A DNA stretch of 64,000 bases from NCBI GenBank assembly GCA_963770895.1, contig CAVYRF010000001.1:2008712-2072711 (forward strand), given 5' to 3'. The stretch comes from an uncultured Acidobacteriota bacterium (GTDB lineage Bacteria > Acidobacteriota > Thermoanaerobaculia > Multivoradales > UBA5704). Below the pieces are notes generated by a model that saw only the letters and a list, made by a program, of their open reading frames with translations, was not told the origin of the DNA and did not search any database. The translations under genes and the position numbers were made by a program. Positions 36,263-45,498 of this stretch are shown here, one piece after another (position 1 is the first letter of the stretch; each line of letters opens with the position of its first letter).

Positions 36263-38422
36263 TTAAAAGGTTTTGATGAACTCGATGAGCGCGCGCTTGT
36301 CGCGGTCGGGCAGGGAGGTGGCGAAGTAGTGGCCTTCGTCCTCGATGAAGTCAGGGCATGAGTTGAGCGCATAGAAGTCGGGAACCAGCGACAGCAGCCG
36401 CTGCGTCGCCGCGTCGCCGGTCAGCCCCTGGTCCTTGACGTCCTTGAGCGCCTTGATCGTGCGGATCAGCAGGCGCGCCAGGCGTACCTTCTTGCCCAGG
36501 CCCTTGAGCTCCAGATTGGTGTTGGCGATCAGGTTGATCGGCGTCCCCTTGGGGATGGGGCCGATGTGGATGAACCCGTCGGCGCTGGCCGCACTGCTCA
36601 GCCACGGCGCGTACGACACCGGGATCTGCAGGCTGCTTTCCACCGTGGTGCGCCAGATCGATTCCTTGCCCAGGCGTTTTTCGGACCAGAACATCTTTTC
36701 GATCGCGTCGTTGAACGCCTCCATCCGCGAATCGACGTCCACCGCGTGCACGTGCTTGCCGAGCGCGTTGTTATGCAGGAACGGCGCGCTATACCAAACG
36801 TTGACCAGCGATGGCGGCCGGTAGTAACCGCGGCCGTCGCCCGGTACCTCCCACGGCCGATCCTGGCCGGTGAACGGGTCCCACACCCGGATCGAGCCGA
36901 CCTTCGGCAGCGTCTTGTAGGTTTCCGAAGAGAAGTTGTCCCACACGTGATCGCGCAGGGCGTTGGCGGCGACGGCGCGGGTGGCGTTGGTCTTGACCTC
37001 GGTGACCGGTACGCGGATCTCGGCGCTCAAGAAGTTGCCGTCCAGGAAGTCGGGCTTCATCACCTCCTGCTCGAACCACTTCTGTCCTTCCGGCGAGTTG
37101 GGCTGCATCGGCGGCGGCGGCTGCTTGCTCGAATGGCAGCGCGCGCAGTTCTGCGCGAACATGACCTTGCCGCGGTTGAGCACCTGCGTGTCGGTGGTCA
37201 GGTACTTCTGGCCGCCGGGCGCGTCGGCAAGCTTGAGCGGCCGGGCGATGTCGACGAAGTACTGGGCCAGCGCCGGCGAGTGCTGCTCGCTCCAATTCCA
37301 GTGCGGCGACAGCTTTTGCGCGTCCTTGACCCGGATCGGCGACTGCTGCTTGATACCGACCAACGGATTGAAATGACGCAGCCACTCTTCCCAATATTCG
37401 CCGATGTTGAGGTAGACGCGGGAGAGCGCCGCGTCGAAGCCCACCGAGTCCGCGCCCTCCTTGAGCACGCGCGGCGTGAGCTGCGGATCGTGGACGCCGC
37501 GCAGGTCGAGCGCGCCGCCGGTGACATGCTCGTTGGCCGCCACCTGCAAGCGGCCGGCGACGTTGAAGATGCCGTTCATCGTGCCGGGATTGTTCAAGTA
37601 GTCGGTGGCGATGAACGAGGTGTCGAGCGTCCCCGCCGGATTGCTGTGCAGCAGCTGCCAGACGAAGTTGTCTTCGGGCAGATTGTTGCCGAACACCTCC
37701 CACACCTTGAAGAAGTGCTGTCCCACGTAGTCGTTGAGGTTGGCGTATTCGGCCTCGTTGGGATCGGCGGGAGGGTTGACCGGGTCGGCGCCCAGGTGGC
37801 AGAAGGAGCAGGCCATGCCGACGACGTACGGGCGCACCAGCTTCTGGTCCGTGTAGTAGCGGGGATCGTTGTAGTACCGCGCCGGGTCCCAGCGGGCCTT
37901 GGCGGCGGCGTCGAAGTTGGGGTTGGGGAACAGGCGCAGCCCCATGATGCCGCTCGACTTGCCATAGGTGTAGGTGTCGATCTTGCTGTCCAGGTCGTAC
38001 TTGGCTTCGCGCGGCACGTCGATGTAAAGACCGTAGGCATCGGGCTGCGCAGGCCGCACAAAGCCGGGCTGATTGAAGATGCCGTACTTTTGGAAGCGCT
38101 GGTCGCGCGGCGAATTGACGATCTTGAGCAGGTCGGCGGTGCCGAAACCGTGATTGGCCAGCCAGTCCCAGAACGAGCCGTTGTCGCCCGACCAGAGGTT
38201 CCAGATCACGCGGCCCTTGAGATCGTCGTCGCTCAGCTTGAGCGCGTGGCCCTGGGAGTCCATGCCGGGGAACGGATCGAAGCTGACCTCCTTGAAGTCG
38301 CTGTACTTCCAGCTTGGCGCCACCGGCTGCTGCGAGCAGCCCGCCAGCAACGCCAGCAGCGCGGCGAGCAGCAGCAGGATCACCAGCAGGTGGGGGAGGC
38401 GGGCACTGCGGCCTGTCTTCAT
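36263..38422 (-). CDS. Dihaem cytochrome c family lipoprotein, ~719 aa
   Basis: Two CxxCH motifs (MACSFCH, NCARCH). The lipoprotein-type signal LLAALLALLAGC follows MKTGRSARLPH. ATG 38422 lies 6 nt after AAAGGG; the track start 38551 is upstream. Its stop is 7 nt from the GMC start codon. Confidence 0.85.
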   Translation of the reverse strand: MKTGRSARLPHLLVILLLLAALLALLAGCSQQPVAPSWKYSDFKEVSFDPFPGMDSQGHALKLSDDDLKGRVIWNLWSGDNGSFWDWLANHGFGTADLLKIVNSPRDQRFQKYGIFNQPGFVRPAQPDAYGLYIDVPREAKYDLDSKIDTYTYGKSSGIMGLRLFPNPNFDAAAKARWDPARYYNDPRYYTDQKLVRPYVVGMACSFCHLGADPVNPPADPNEAEYANLNDYVGQHFFKVWEVFGNNLPEDNFVWQLLHSNPAGTLDTSFIATDYLNNPGTMNGIFNVAGRLQVAANEHVTGGALDLRGVHDPQLTPRVLKEGADSVGFDAALSRVYLNIGEYWEEWLRHFNPLVGIKQQSPIRVKDAQKLSPHWNWSEQHSPALAQYFVDIARPLKLADAPGGQKYLTTDTQVLNRGKVMFAQNCARCHSSKQPPPPMQPNSPEGQKWFEQEVMKPDFLDGNFLSAEIRVPVTEVKTNATRAVAANALRDHVWDNFSSETYKTLPKVGSIRVWDPFTGQDRPWEVPGDGRGYYRPPSLVNVWYSAPFLHNNALGKHVHAVDVDSRMEAFNDAIEKMFWSEKRLGKESIWRTTVESSLQIPVSYAPWLSSAASADGFIHIGPIPKGTPINLIANTNLELKGLGKKVRLARLLIRTIKALKDVKDQGLTGDAATQRLLSLVPDFYALNSCPDFIEDEGHYFATSLPDRDKRALIEFIKTF

Positions 38423-38736
38423 CGTCATCCCTTTCGCAATCGCCGGCAGGGTCTGCCCGCCGGCCCCTGGACCGCAGGGTTGCGCCGCCCGCGACGGGCA
38501 GCCCAGGCCATCGCCACCCACACGGCGGCAGGCCTTCGCCAGCGGCGGCAAACGCCTCTGGCGGCCCCTGGGGACCTTGCTCTTAATCGCTCAATCGAAT
38601 GTTAACTTGCGGCCTCGGCGACCGTCAAGACCCAACGTGAGCGCGCTCGCCAAACGTCACCGGCATGTTGCGCATACGTTGATATGTGTATTCGTGTTGA
38701 CGGTGCGGTGATGGATTCTCGCGGCCGCGCGGCAGG

Positions 38737-38769
38737 GCGGTGCGGCCACCTGGGCGGGGGCCGCACCGC
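38737..38769 (-). terminator. GC-rich hairpin downstream of the AhpD-like gene (possible terminator, no U-tract)
   Basis: GCGGTGCGGCC (38737-38747) pairs perfectly with GGCCGCACCGC (38759-38769) around an 11-nt loop, 11 nt past the stop at 38780. Confidence 0.3.
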
Positions 38770-38779
38770 GGAACGGAGG

Positions 38780-39256
38780 TCACCGCGCGACGGCGGCGGC
38801 GGGCTGGTAGGTGCCGGGCACGATGCGGGCGGCGATCGAAAGCCGATTCCAGGCATTGATCGCGGCCACGGCCAGCGTCAGGTCGGCCAGCTCCTTGTCG
38901 GTGAACGCCGGCTTCACCTGCTGGTACACCTCGTCGGCGGCGTGCCCCTGGGCGATCTGCGTCACCGCCTCGGTCCACGCCAGGGCGGCGCGTTCGCGCT
39001 CGCTGTAGTACGGGCATTCGCGCCAGGCGTCCAGCGAGTACAGCCGCTGCTCGCTTTCGCCGCGCGCCCGCAGGTCCTTCCAGTGCATGTCCAGGCAGTA
39101 GGCGCAGCCGTTGAGCTGCGAGGCGCGCAGCTGCGCCAGCATCACCAGCGACGGCTCCAGACCGCTGCTCTGCACGTAGCGGTCGAGGCTGTCCATGGCG
39201 TCGAAGACGCCGGGGGCGGCTTTGGCATAGTCGATACGAGCTTTCTGGGCGGGCAT
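38780..39256 (-). CDS. Carboxymuconolactone decarboxylase / AhpD-like family protein, 158 aa
   Basis: AhpD-type CxxC..H motif (LNGCAYCLDMH). ATG 39256 is preceded by GGAAGGAGA. Confidence 0.88.
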   Translation of the reverse strand: MPAQKARIDYAKAAPGVFDAMDSLDRYVQSSGLEPSLVMLAQLRASQLNGCAYCLDMHWKDLRARGESEQRLYSLDAWRECPYYSERERAALAWTEAVTQIAQGHAADEVYQQVKPAFTDKELADLTLAVAAINAWNRLSIAARIVPGTYQPAAAVAR

Positions 39257-39411
39257 GCGATCTCCTTCCGAAGGTGCGACGTTGGGCGCTTTCAAAGCGG
39301 CTTGCTGGAGGGTTCCGCCAGCACCGCGCGGTTCTCGAGCACGGGACCAGCCTACGTCCGATTGGACTTGTCGCCCAGATCCATTTACGATATTTGCGCT
39401 AGACCACTTTC

Positions 39412-40905
39412 ATGCCCAGGCAGACCACCCAGCTGGCGCTCCTGCTGCCGCCCCGTCCGCCCGGCGCCGCGGCCGGACGCTGGCTCTACGACGCGCTGCG
39501 GGCGGCGATCCTGGAAGGGCGCCTGCGCCCGGGCGCGCGGCTGCCGGCAAGCCGCGACCTGGCGGCGCACCACGCCCTGTCGCGCGGCACGATCGTCACG
39601 GCGTTCGACCAGCTGAAGGCGGAGGGCTACCTGGAAGGGAAAACCGGGTCGGGCACCTACGTGACGCGCGTGCTGCCCGATGCCCTGCTGGCGGTGGCAG
39701 GCCCCCAGCCGCGGCGCTTCGCGGCGGAACGACGCCTGCCGCGGCAGCTTTCGGACTACGGCCGCCGGGTGCAGGACTTCGGCAACCACCAGCCCGGCCC
39801 GGTGCGGGCCTTTCGCGCCAATCAACCCGCGCTCGACCTGTTTCCCACCACGCTGTGGGCGCAGGTGGCGGCGCGCCGCCTGCGGCGGGCCTCGGCCAGC
39901 CTGCTGCTGAGCTGCGATTCGCTCGGCCATCGCCCGCTGCAGGAGCAGGTGGCGGACTACCTGACGACCTCCCGCGGCGTCCGCTGCGCCGCCGAGCAGG
40001 TGGCGATCGTCTCCGGCACCCAGGAAGCCCTGGACCTGACGGCGCGCCTGCTGCTCAACCCCGGCGATCGCGTGGCGATCGAAAATCCCGGCTACGTCGG
40101 CGCCACGCTGGTCTTCGAAGCCCTGGGCGCCACCATCGTGCCGCTGCCCCTGGACGACCAGGGCATGACCCTCCCCGGCCGCGAGCTGGCCGGTGTGCGG
40201 CTGGTCTACGTCACCCCGGCGCACCAGTTCCCGGTCGGCGTCGGCATGAGCCTGGCCCGGCGCCTGGCCCTGCTCGACTGGGCGCGCCAGACCGGCGCGC
40301 TGATCTTCGAAGACGACTACGACAGCGAATACCGCTACGCCGGCCGCCCCCTGCCGGCCCTCCAGGGCCTGGACCGCCACGGCCAGGTGCTCTACGCCGG
40401 CAGCTTCAGCAAGGTGCTGTTCCCCTCCCTGCGCCTGGGCTACCTGGTCATCCCCGCCGATCTTCTCGACCGCTTCGCCGCCGCGCAGTCGGTCACCAAC
40501 CGCCACGCCCCGCTGCTCGAGCAGGCCGTCCTGGCCGACTTCCTGGCCGCCGGCCACTTCGGCCGCCACGTCCGCCGCATGCGGGAGATCTACGCCCAGC
40601 GCCTCGCCGTGCTGCTGGCCGGCGCCCGCCAGCACCTCGCCGGCCTGCTCGACATCTCGCCGGTCGAAGCGGGCCTGCAAACCGCCGGCTGGCTGTGCAA
40701 CGGCCTGGACGGCGAAACCGCCGCCGCCGCCGCCGCCCGCCGCAACGTCCAGGTTCTGCCCCTGGGCCGCTACGGCTGGCACGGCGCCGCCGCCGCCGGC
40801 CTCCAGCTGGGCTTCGCCGCCGTCGACACCCAGGAGATCCGCCGCGGCGTCCGCGACCTGGCCGCCGCCCTGGAATCGGCAACCCCCGCCGCTCCCGATC
40901 GCTGA
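39412..40905 (+). CDS. MocR/PdxR-type GntR-family regulator fused to a PLP aminotransferase-like domain, 497 aa
   Basis: GntR winged HTH (LPASRDLAAHHALSRGTIVTAFDQLKAEGYL). A fold-type I aminotransferase domain carries the PLP-lysine context SFSKVLFPSLRLGYLV. Divergent from the AhpD-like gene. Confidence 0.92.
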   Translation: MPRQTTQLALLLPPRPPGAAAGRWLYDALRAAILEGRLRPGARLPASRDLAAHHALSRGTIVTAFDQLKAEGYLEGKTGSGTYVTRVLPDALLAVAGPQPRRFAAERRLPRQLSDYGRRVQDFGNHQPGPVRAFRANQPALDLFPTTLWAQVAARRLRRASASLLLSCDSLGHRPLQEQVADYLTTSRGVRCAAEQVAIVSGTQEALDLTARLLLNPGDRVAIENPGYVGATLVFEALGATIVPLPLDDQGMTLPGRELAGVRLVYVTPAHQFPVGVGMSLARRLALLDWARQTGALIFEDDYDSEYRYAGRPLPALQGLDRHGQVLYAGSFSKVLFPSLRLGYLVIPADLLDRFAAAQSVTNRHAPLLEQAVLADFLAAGHFGRHVRRMREIYAQRLAVLLAGARQHLAGLLDISPVEAGLQTAGWLCNGLDGETAAAAAARRNVQVLPLGRYGWHGAAAAGLQLGFAAVDTQEIRRGVRDLAAALESATPAAPDR

Positions 40906-40912
40906 GGCGGCT

Positions 40913-41494
40913 TCAAGGATGGATCTTGCCGCCCTCGGCCAGCATGGCGACGAACTTGGCGATGCGCTGCGCGCGGGTCGCGGGCCGCTTGGCTTCGTGG
41001 ACGCGATAGAGGATCGCGTAGCGGTTGGCGCGGTCGAGCGTGGCAAAGAACTGCCGCGCGCGGTCGTTGGCGTCGAGCGCCTGCCGCAGGTCGTCGGGAA
41101 CGTCCGCCGACGCCTGCCCCGCGTACGCCGCCTCCCAGCGGCCGTCCGCCTTGGCGCGCTCGATCTCGCGCATCCCCCCCGGCTGCATCTGGCCGTCGGC
41201 GATCAGCTCTTCCGCCCGCCGGCAGTTGCGCTGCGACCACTTGCCGCGCGGCAGCCGCGGCGTGAACCGCTGCAGCCAGAACTGCTCGTCCAGCTTGTCC
41301 TTCTGGCCGTCGATCCAGCCGAAGCACAGCGCCGCGTCCAGCGCCTCGGGATAGGTGACGCTCGCCACCCCCGACTCCTTCTTGGCGATCTTGAGCCAGA
41401 TCCCCCGCGCCTCCGCCCCCTGCGCCGCAAGCCACGTCTCCATCGCCCGCCGCGACGCGAACGCAACCACCGGCAGATCGCTCTTCTTGTCCAT
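40913..41494 (-). CDS. YdeI/OmpD-associated family protein, 193 aa
   Basis: The GIWLKIAKK...ALCFGWIDGQK...WLQRFTPR...SQRN pattern and a C-terminal ANRYAILYR block are characteristic of this family. Confidence 0.85.
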   Translation of the reverse strand: MDKKSDLPVVAFASRRAMETWLAAQGAEARGIWLKIAKKESGVASVTYPEALDAALCFGWIDGQKDKLDEQFWLQRFTPRLPRGKWSQRNCRRAEELIADGQMQPGGMREIERAKADGRWEAAYAGQASADVPDDLRQALDANDRARQFFATLDRANRYAILYRVHEAKRPATRAQRIAKFVAMLAEGGKIHP

Positions 41495-41545
41495 GGTCCG
41501 GGAGGGGTGGGGGGGCAGATTCTTGGCGCCGGCGGGATCGATCCA

Positions 41546-42199
41546 TCAATCCTTGAGGAAGAAGGCCAGCTCTTCGAGGTTGATGCGCAGGTCGACGTTT
41601 TTGAGCGGCACGCCGCGCCGGGGCTTGACGCGCAGGGCGGCGAAGTTGAGGACGCCGCGCACGCCGGCGTCGGCCAGGGCGTCGTAGTAGTCCTGGGCGA
41701 CCTGGTTGGGGACGGTGAGGACGCCGATCATTGCGCCGGTGTCGCGCACCACCTGGGCCAGCTCGCTGGCGGGGCGGACGGTGAAGTCGGCGACCCGGCT
41801 ACCGATCTTGGCCGGATCGTTGTCGACGCCGGCGACGACGTGGAAGGCGCCGTGGTTGAAGCCCAGGTAGCGGGCCAGGGCGCTGCCCAGGTTGCCCATG
41901 CCGACGATCACCATCGGGTGTCTGCGGTCCAGTCCCAGCAGGGCGTCCAGGTGCTCGGCCAGCTCGTCGATGCGGTAGCCGACGCCGCGGATGCCGAACT
42001 CGCCGAACTGCGCCAGGTCCTTGCGGATCTGGGTGGCGGACAGGTGGTAGCGCTGCGCCATCTCCTGCGACGAGATGCGCGAAAAACCCAGCTCTTGCAG
42101 CTGGCGCAGACAGCGTAGATAGAACGACAGGCGATTGAGGGTGAGCGGGGAGATTTCCTCCTGCTGGCTCACCTCACGCCGGTTGCCGCGATCAGCCAT
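41546..42199 (-). CDS. rex: Redox-sensing transcriptional repressor Rex
   Basis: N-terminal winged helix (LNRLSFYLRCLRQLQELGFSRISSQEMA) and the Rossmann motif VIVGMGNLGSALA. ATG 42199 overlaps nuoN by 31 nt. The alternative GTG 42172 overlaps the nuoN stop as GTGA and may be the true start. Confidence 0.92.
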   Translation of the reverse strand: MADRGNRREVSQQEEISPLTLNRLSFYLRCLRQLQELGFSRISSQEMAQRYHLSATQIRKDLAQFGEFGIRGVGYRIDELAEHLDALLGLDRRHPMVIVGMGNLGSALARYLGFNHGAFHVVAGVDNDPAKIGSRVADFTVRPASELAQVVRDTGAMIGVLTVPNQVAQDYYDALADAGVRGVLNFAALRVKPRRGVPLKNVDLRINLEELAFFLKD

Positions 42200-43632
42200 T
42201 GCAAGAGGTCCGAGGGCCACAGGCCAAGAACCAGGGTGGCCAATGCTGCGATCAGCACCGCGGCGCGGCCCCAGCCGTCGATCAGCAAGCCCTCGGGCTG
42301 ACGCCGCTCGGCGCGCATGTAGAGCACGTAGACCACCCGCAGGTAGTAGAACACGCCCACCAGGCTGGCCAGCACGCCCAGCACGGCCAGGTGGACGTGG
42401 CCGGCGGCGACCGCCTGCTGGAACACCAGGTATTTGCCCAGGAAGCCCAGAGTCGGCGGAATGCCGCCGAGCGACAGCATGCAGATCGCCAGGCACCCGG
42501 CGATCAGCGGGTAGCGATAGCCCCAGCCGGCCAGCTCGTCGATCTCGTGGCGCGACCCCGGCCGGCTGTACAGCACGCTCACCGCGGCAAAGGCGCCGGC
42601 GTTCATCAGCACGTAGGCGAGCAGGTAGACCGCGACCGGCGCCAGGCTGGCGCGATCGAAGGTGACCAGGGCCAGCAGCAGGTACCCCATGTGGGCGACG
42701 CCCGAATACGCCAGCATGCGCTTCAGGTCGGTCTGCGCCAGGGCCAGGAAGTTGCCCACCAGCATCGACAGCGCCGCCAGCACGCCGACGACGTTTTCCC
42801 ACCGCGACGCGGTGGCGCCCTGGGCGGCCAGCTGCAGCAGCCGGAAGAGCACCAGGGCGCTGGCCACCTTGGGTGCCACCGACAGGAAGGCGACAAAGGG
42901 CGACGGCGCCCCCTGGTAGGTGTCGGGGGACCAGGCGTGGAAGGGCGCCAGGCTCATCTTGAACCCGAAGCCGCACACCAGCAGCAGCAGCCCCAAGGTG
43001 GCGCCGACGGTGCCCTGGCCGGCGGTGAAGGCGCGCTCGATGACGTCCAGCCGCGTGCTGCCGGTGGCGCCGTAGAGGAGAGCGATGCCCAGCAGCACGA
43101 AGGCGCTGACGAAGGCGCCCATCAGGAAGTACTTGATCGCCGCTTCGACGGCGACGCTCACCCGCCGGTGATAGGCGGCCAGGGCGTAGAGGCTGAGCGA
43201 CAGCAGCTCCAGCGACAGGAACAGGGTGAGCAGCTCGGTCGAGCGCAGCATGAGCAGCATGCCGGTGGCGCACCACAGCAGCAGCGCGTAGTACTCACCG
43301 CCCTGGATGCGCTCGCGCCGCAGGTAGTTGTCCGAGGCCAGCACGCACAGGCCGGTCGCCAGCAGCACCAGCAGCGAGAAGGCGAAGGTGATGCGGCTGG
43401 TCTCCAGCATGCCGTTGCAGCTCTTGAAGCTGGCGTTGGGATCGCCGGGGCCGCCCGCCAGCGTCAACCAGGCGCTGCACGCTCCCCAGCCGGCCAGCGC
43501 GGTCACCACCAGCGCCACCGCCGTCCAGGCCCGCCGCAGCCCCGGCGCCACCGCGTCGGCCAGCAGGATCAGCACGCCGCCGCCGCACAGGATCAGCTCG
43601 GGCAGCAGGCTTATCAGGTCGTTGCGGGTCAT
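42169..43632 (-). CDS. nuoN: NADH-quinone oxidoreductase subunit N
   Basis: 487-aa polytopic antiporter-like subunit. Last nuo gene, overlapping nuoM by 4 nt. Confidence 0.93.
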   Translation of the reverse strand: MTRNDLISLLPELILCGGGVLILLADAVAPGLRRAWTAVALVVTALAGWGACSAWLTLAGGPGDPNASFKSCNGMLETSRITFAFSLLVLLATGLCVLASDNYLRRERIQGGEYYALLLWCATGMLLMLRSTELLTLFLSLELLSLSLYALAAYHRRVSVAVEAAIKYFLMGAFVSAFVLLGIALLYGATGSTRLDVIERAFTAGQGTVGATLGLLLLVCGFGFKMSLAPFHAWSPDTYQGAPSPFVAFLSVAPKVASALVLFRLLQLAAQGATASRWENVVGVLAALSMLVGNFLALAQTDLKRMLAYSGVAHMGYLLLALVTFDRASLAPVAVYLLAYVLMNAGAFAAVSVLYSRPGSRHEIDELAGWGYRYPLIAGCLAICMLSLGGIPPTLGFLGKYLVFQQAVAAGHVHLAVLGVLASLVGVFYYLRVVYVLYMRAERRQPEGLLIDGWGRAAVLIAALATLVLGLWPSDLLQWLIAATGVR

Positions 43633-45452
43633 CGCACCTCTCCCACGGCAAGAGTCTGCGCCGGTCTGCCGCCGCCGGCGCCGCCGCCGCCCCTGGCGCT
43701 CCCAGCCCCTCCGACCACCCCGGCGACCCCGGTAACCCCGGTGCTCATCGCGCCGTCAAGGCGCAGTGCAGCCAGGCGCGCGCCCGCGGCAGCCCGCGGC
43801 GAGCCGGCCGGCGGGAGCGCCATTGCGGCGGCCGCAGCCACCGCGGGCGTCGTCGGCAGGGGGGCATGCAGGCTGGGCAGCGTGCGCAGGCTGGCGGCGC
43901 GCACTTCTGGCCCGCTCAGCCGGTTCCGGTAGTCGGTCAGCGTCGCCGCCAGCGCCTGCTCGCTCGGCTTGAGGAAGGTGGCGGGGGCGACGCCGATCCA
44001 CAGCATCAGGATGCACAGCGGCAGCAGCGCCACGATCTCGCGCCCGGACAGGTCGGAGAGCGTGCGATTTTCGTCCTTGGTGAGCGGCCCCCAGACCAGG
44101 CTGCCGATGAGCTTGAGCAGGTAGATCGCCGCCAGCACGACGCCGAAGGTGGCGACCGCCGCCGGCCAGCCCAGCGCGCGGTAGCTGCCGGCCAGGATGA
44201 GGAATTCGCCGACGAAGCCGTTGAGCGCCGGCAGGCCCACCGACGCCAGCGACGAAAAGATCAGGAAGAAGGCAAACAGCGGCATCACCTTGGCCAGGCC
44301 GCCGAACTGGTCGAACGCCTTGGTGTGACGGCGGTCGTAGATCATGCCCACCAGCAGGAAGAGCGCGCCGGTCGACAGCCCATGGTTGACCATCTGCAAC
44401 AGCGCCCCCTGCCAGGCGATCATGTCGGCGGCCAGCAGCCCCAGCATGACGAAGCCCAGGTGGGCGATGGAGGAGTAGGCGACCAGCTTCTTGGCGTCGG
44501 CCTGCACCCACGACACCATCGCGCCGTACAGGATGCCCACCAGGGCGAACCCCAGCAGCAGCGGCGTCGCGGTGTGGCTGGCGCGCGGAAACAGCGGCAT
44601 GGCGAAGCGCAGGTAGCCGTAGGTGCCCAGCTTGAGCAGGATGCCGGCGAGCAGCACCGAGCCGCCGGTCGGCGCCTCCACGTGGGCGTCCGGCAGCCAG
44701 GTATGGAACGGGAACATCGGCACCTTGATCAGGAACGCCAGGGCGAACGCCCCGAACAGCCACAGCTGGGCGTGCGCCGGCAGATCCAGGCGCAGCATGT
44801 CGGTGTAGGCGAAGCTCCAGACGCCGCCGCTCGCCGTCTTGTAGGTCCAGGCCAGCCACAGGATGGCGACCAGCATCAGCAGGCTGCCCGCCATGGTGAA
44901 CAGGAAGAACTTGATCGCCGCGTAGATGCGCCGCTCGCCGCCCCAGATGCCGATGAGCAGGTACATCGGCACCAGCATCACTTCCCAGAAGACGTAGAAC
45001 AGGAACAGGTCGAACGCCAGGAGCGTCCCCAGCACCCCCGTCGTCATCAGCAGGAGCGATGCGGCATAGGCGCCCCAGTGGCGATCGATGCCGCGCCACG
45101 AACCGAGCACCACGATCGGCACCAGCAGCACCGCCAGCAGCACCAGCGGCATCGAGATGCCGTCCATGCGCAGGTCGTAGCGGATGCCGTAGCCGGCGAT
45201 CCAGCTGCAGCGCGGATCGGCGAGGACCGCGAAGCTTCCTCCCGCCGCCAGCCGCCCGCCCACCAGCGCCACGGCCAGGGCCACCTCGATCAGCGAGACG
45301 ACCAGGGTATAGATCTTGACCACGCGCCAGGAGTCCGTCCCCGGCGCCGCGCTGCCGCGGCCCAGGAACAGCAGCGGGATGCAGGCGACGGCGGGGAAGA
45401 ACACCAGCCGGGTCAGCGTGTTGCCGAGCAGGAGATCGAGCATCGTTTGCAT
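43629..45452 (-). CDS. nuoM: NADH-quinone oxidoreductase subunit M (with ~100-aa Ala/Gly/Pro-rich C-terminal extension)
   Basis: Antiporter-like subunit motifs (KVPMFPFHTWLPDAHVEAPT). The low-complexity tail occupies 43629-~43950. Confidence 0.93.
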   Translation of the reverse strand: MQTMLDLLLGNTLTRLVFFPAVACIPLLFLGRGSAAPGTDSWRVVKIYTLVVSLIEVALAVALVGGRLAAGGSFAVLADPRCSWIAGYGIRYDLRMDGISMPLVLLAVLLVPIVVLGSWRGIDRHWGAYAASLLLMTTGVLGTLLAFDLFLFYVFWEVMLVPMYLLIGIWGGERRIYAAIKFFLFTMAGSLLMLVAILWLAWTYKTASGGVWSFAYTDMLRLDLPAHAQLWLFGAFALAFLIKVPMFPFHTWLPDAHVEAPTGGSVLLAGILLKLGTYGYLRFAMPLFPRASHTATPLLLGFALVGILYGAMVSWVQADAKKLVAYSSIAHLGFVMLGLLAADMIAWQGALLQMVNHGLSTGALFLLVGMIYDRRHTKAFDQFGGLAKVMPLFAFFLIFSSLASVGLPALNGFVGEFLILAGSYRALGWPAAVATFGVVLAAIYLLKLIGSLVWGPLTKDENRTLSDLSGREIVALLPLCILMLWIGVAPATFLKPSEQALAATLTDYRNRLSGPEVRAASLRTLPSLHAPLPTTPAVAAAAAMALPPAGSPRAAAGARLAALRLDGAMSTGVTGVAGVVGGAGSARGGGGAGGGRPAQTLAVGEVR

Positions 45453-45498
45453 GGCGCGTGGGTGGTCCTTGCGGAAAGTGGCGCTGGCGTGCCGAAAG

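Noticed and set aside
33987-36361. 689-aa (-) and 705-aa (+) ORFs overlapping the GMC oxidoreductase. Similar shadows occur over rnr/der, nuo, the MocR gene and the ADOP permease (e.g. 39255-41009, 43866-45644, 45316-47523, 54248-56047, 61400-63985).
   Set aside because: They overlap genes with clear family motifs. Their composition is that of out-of-frame high-GC translation.
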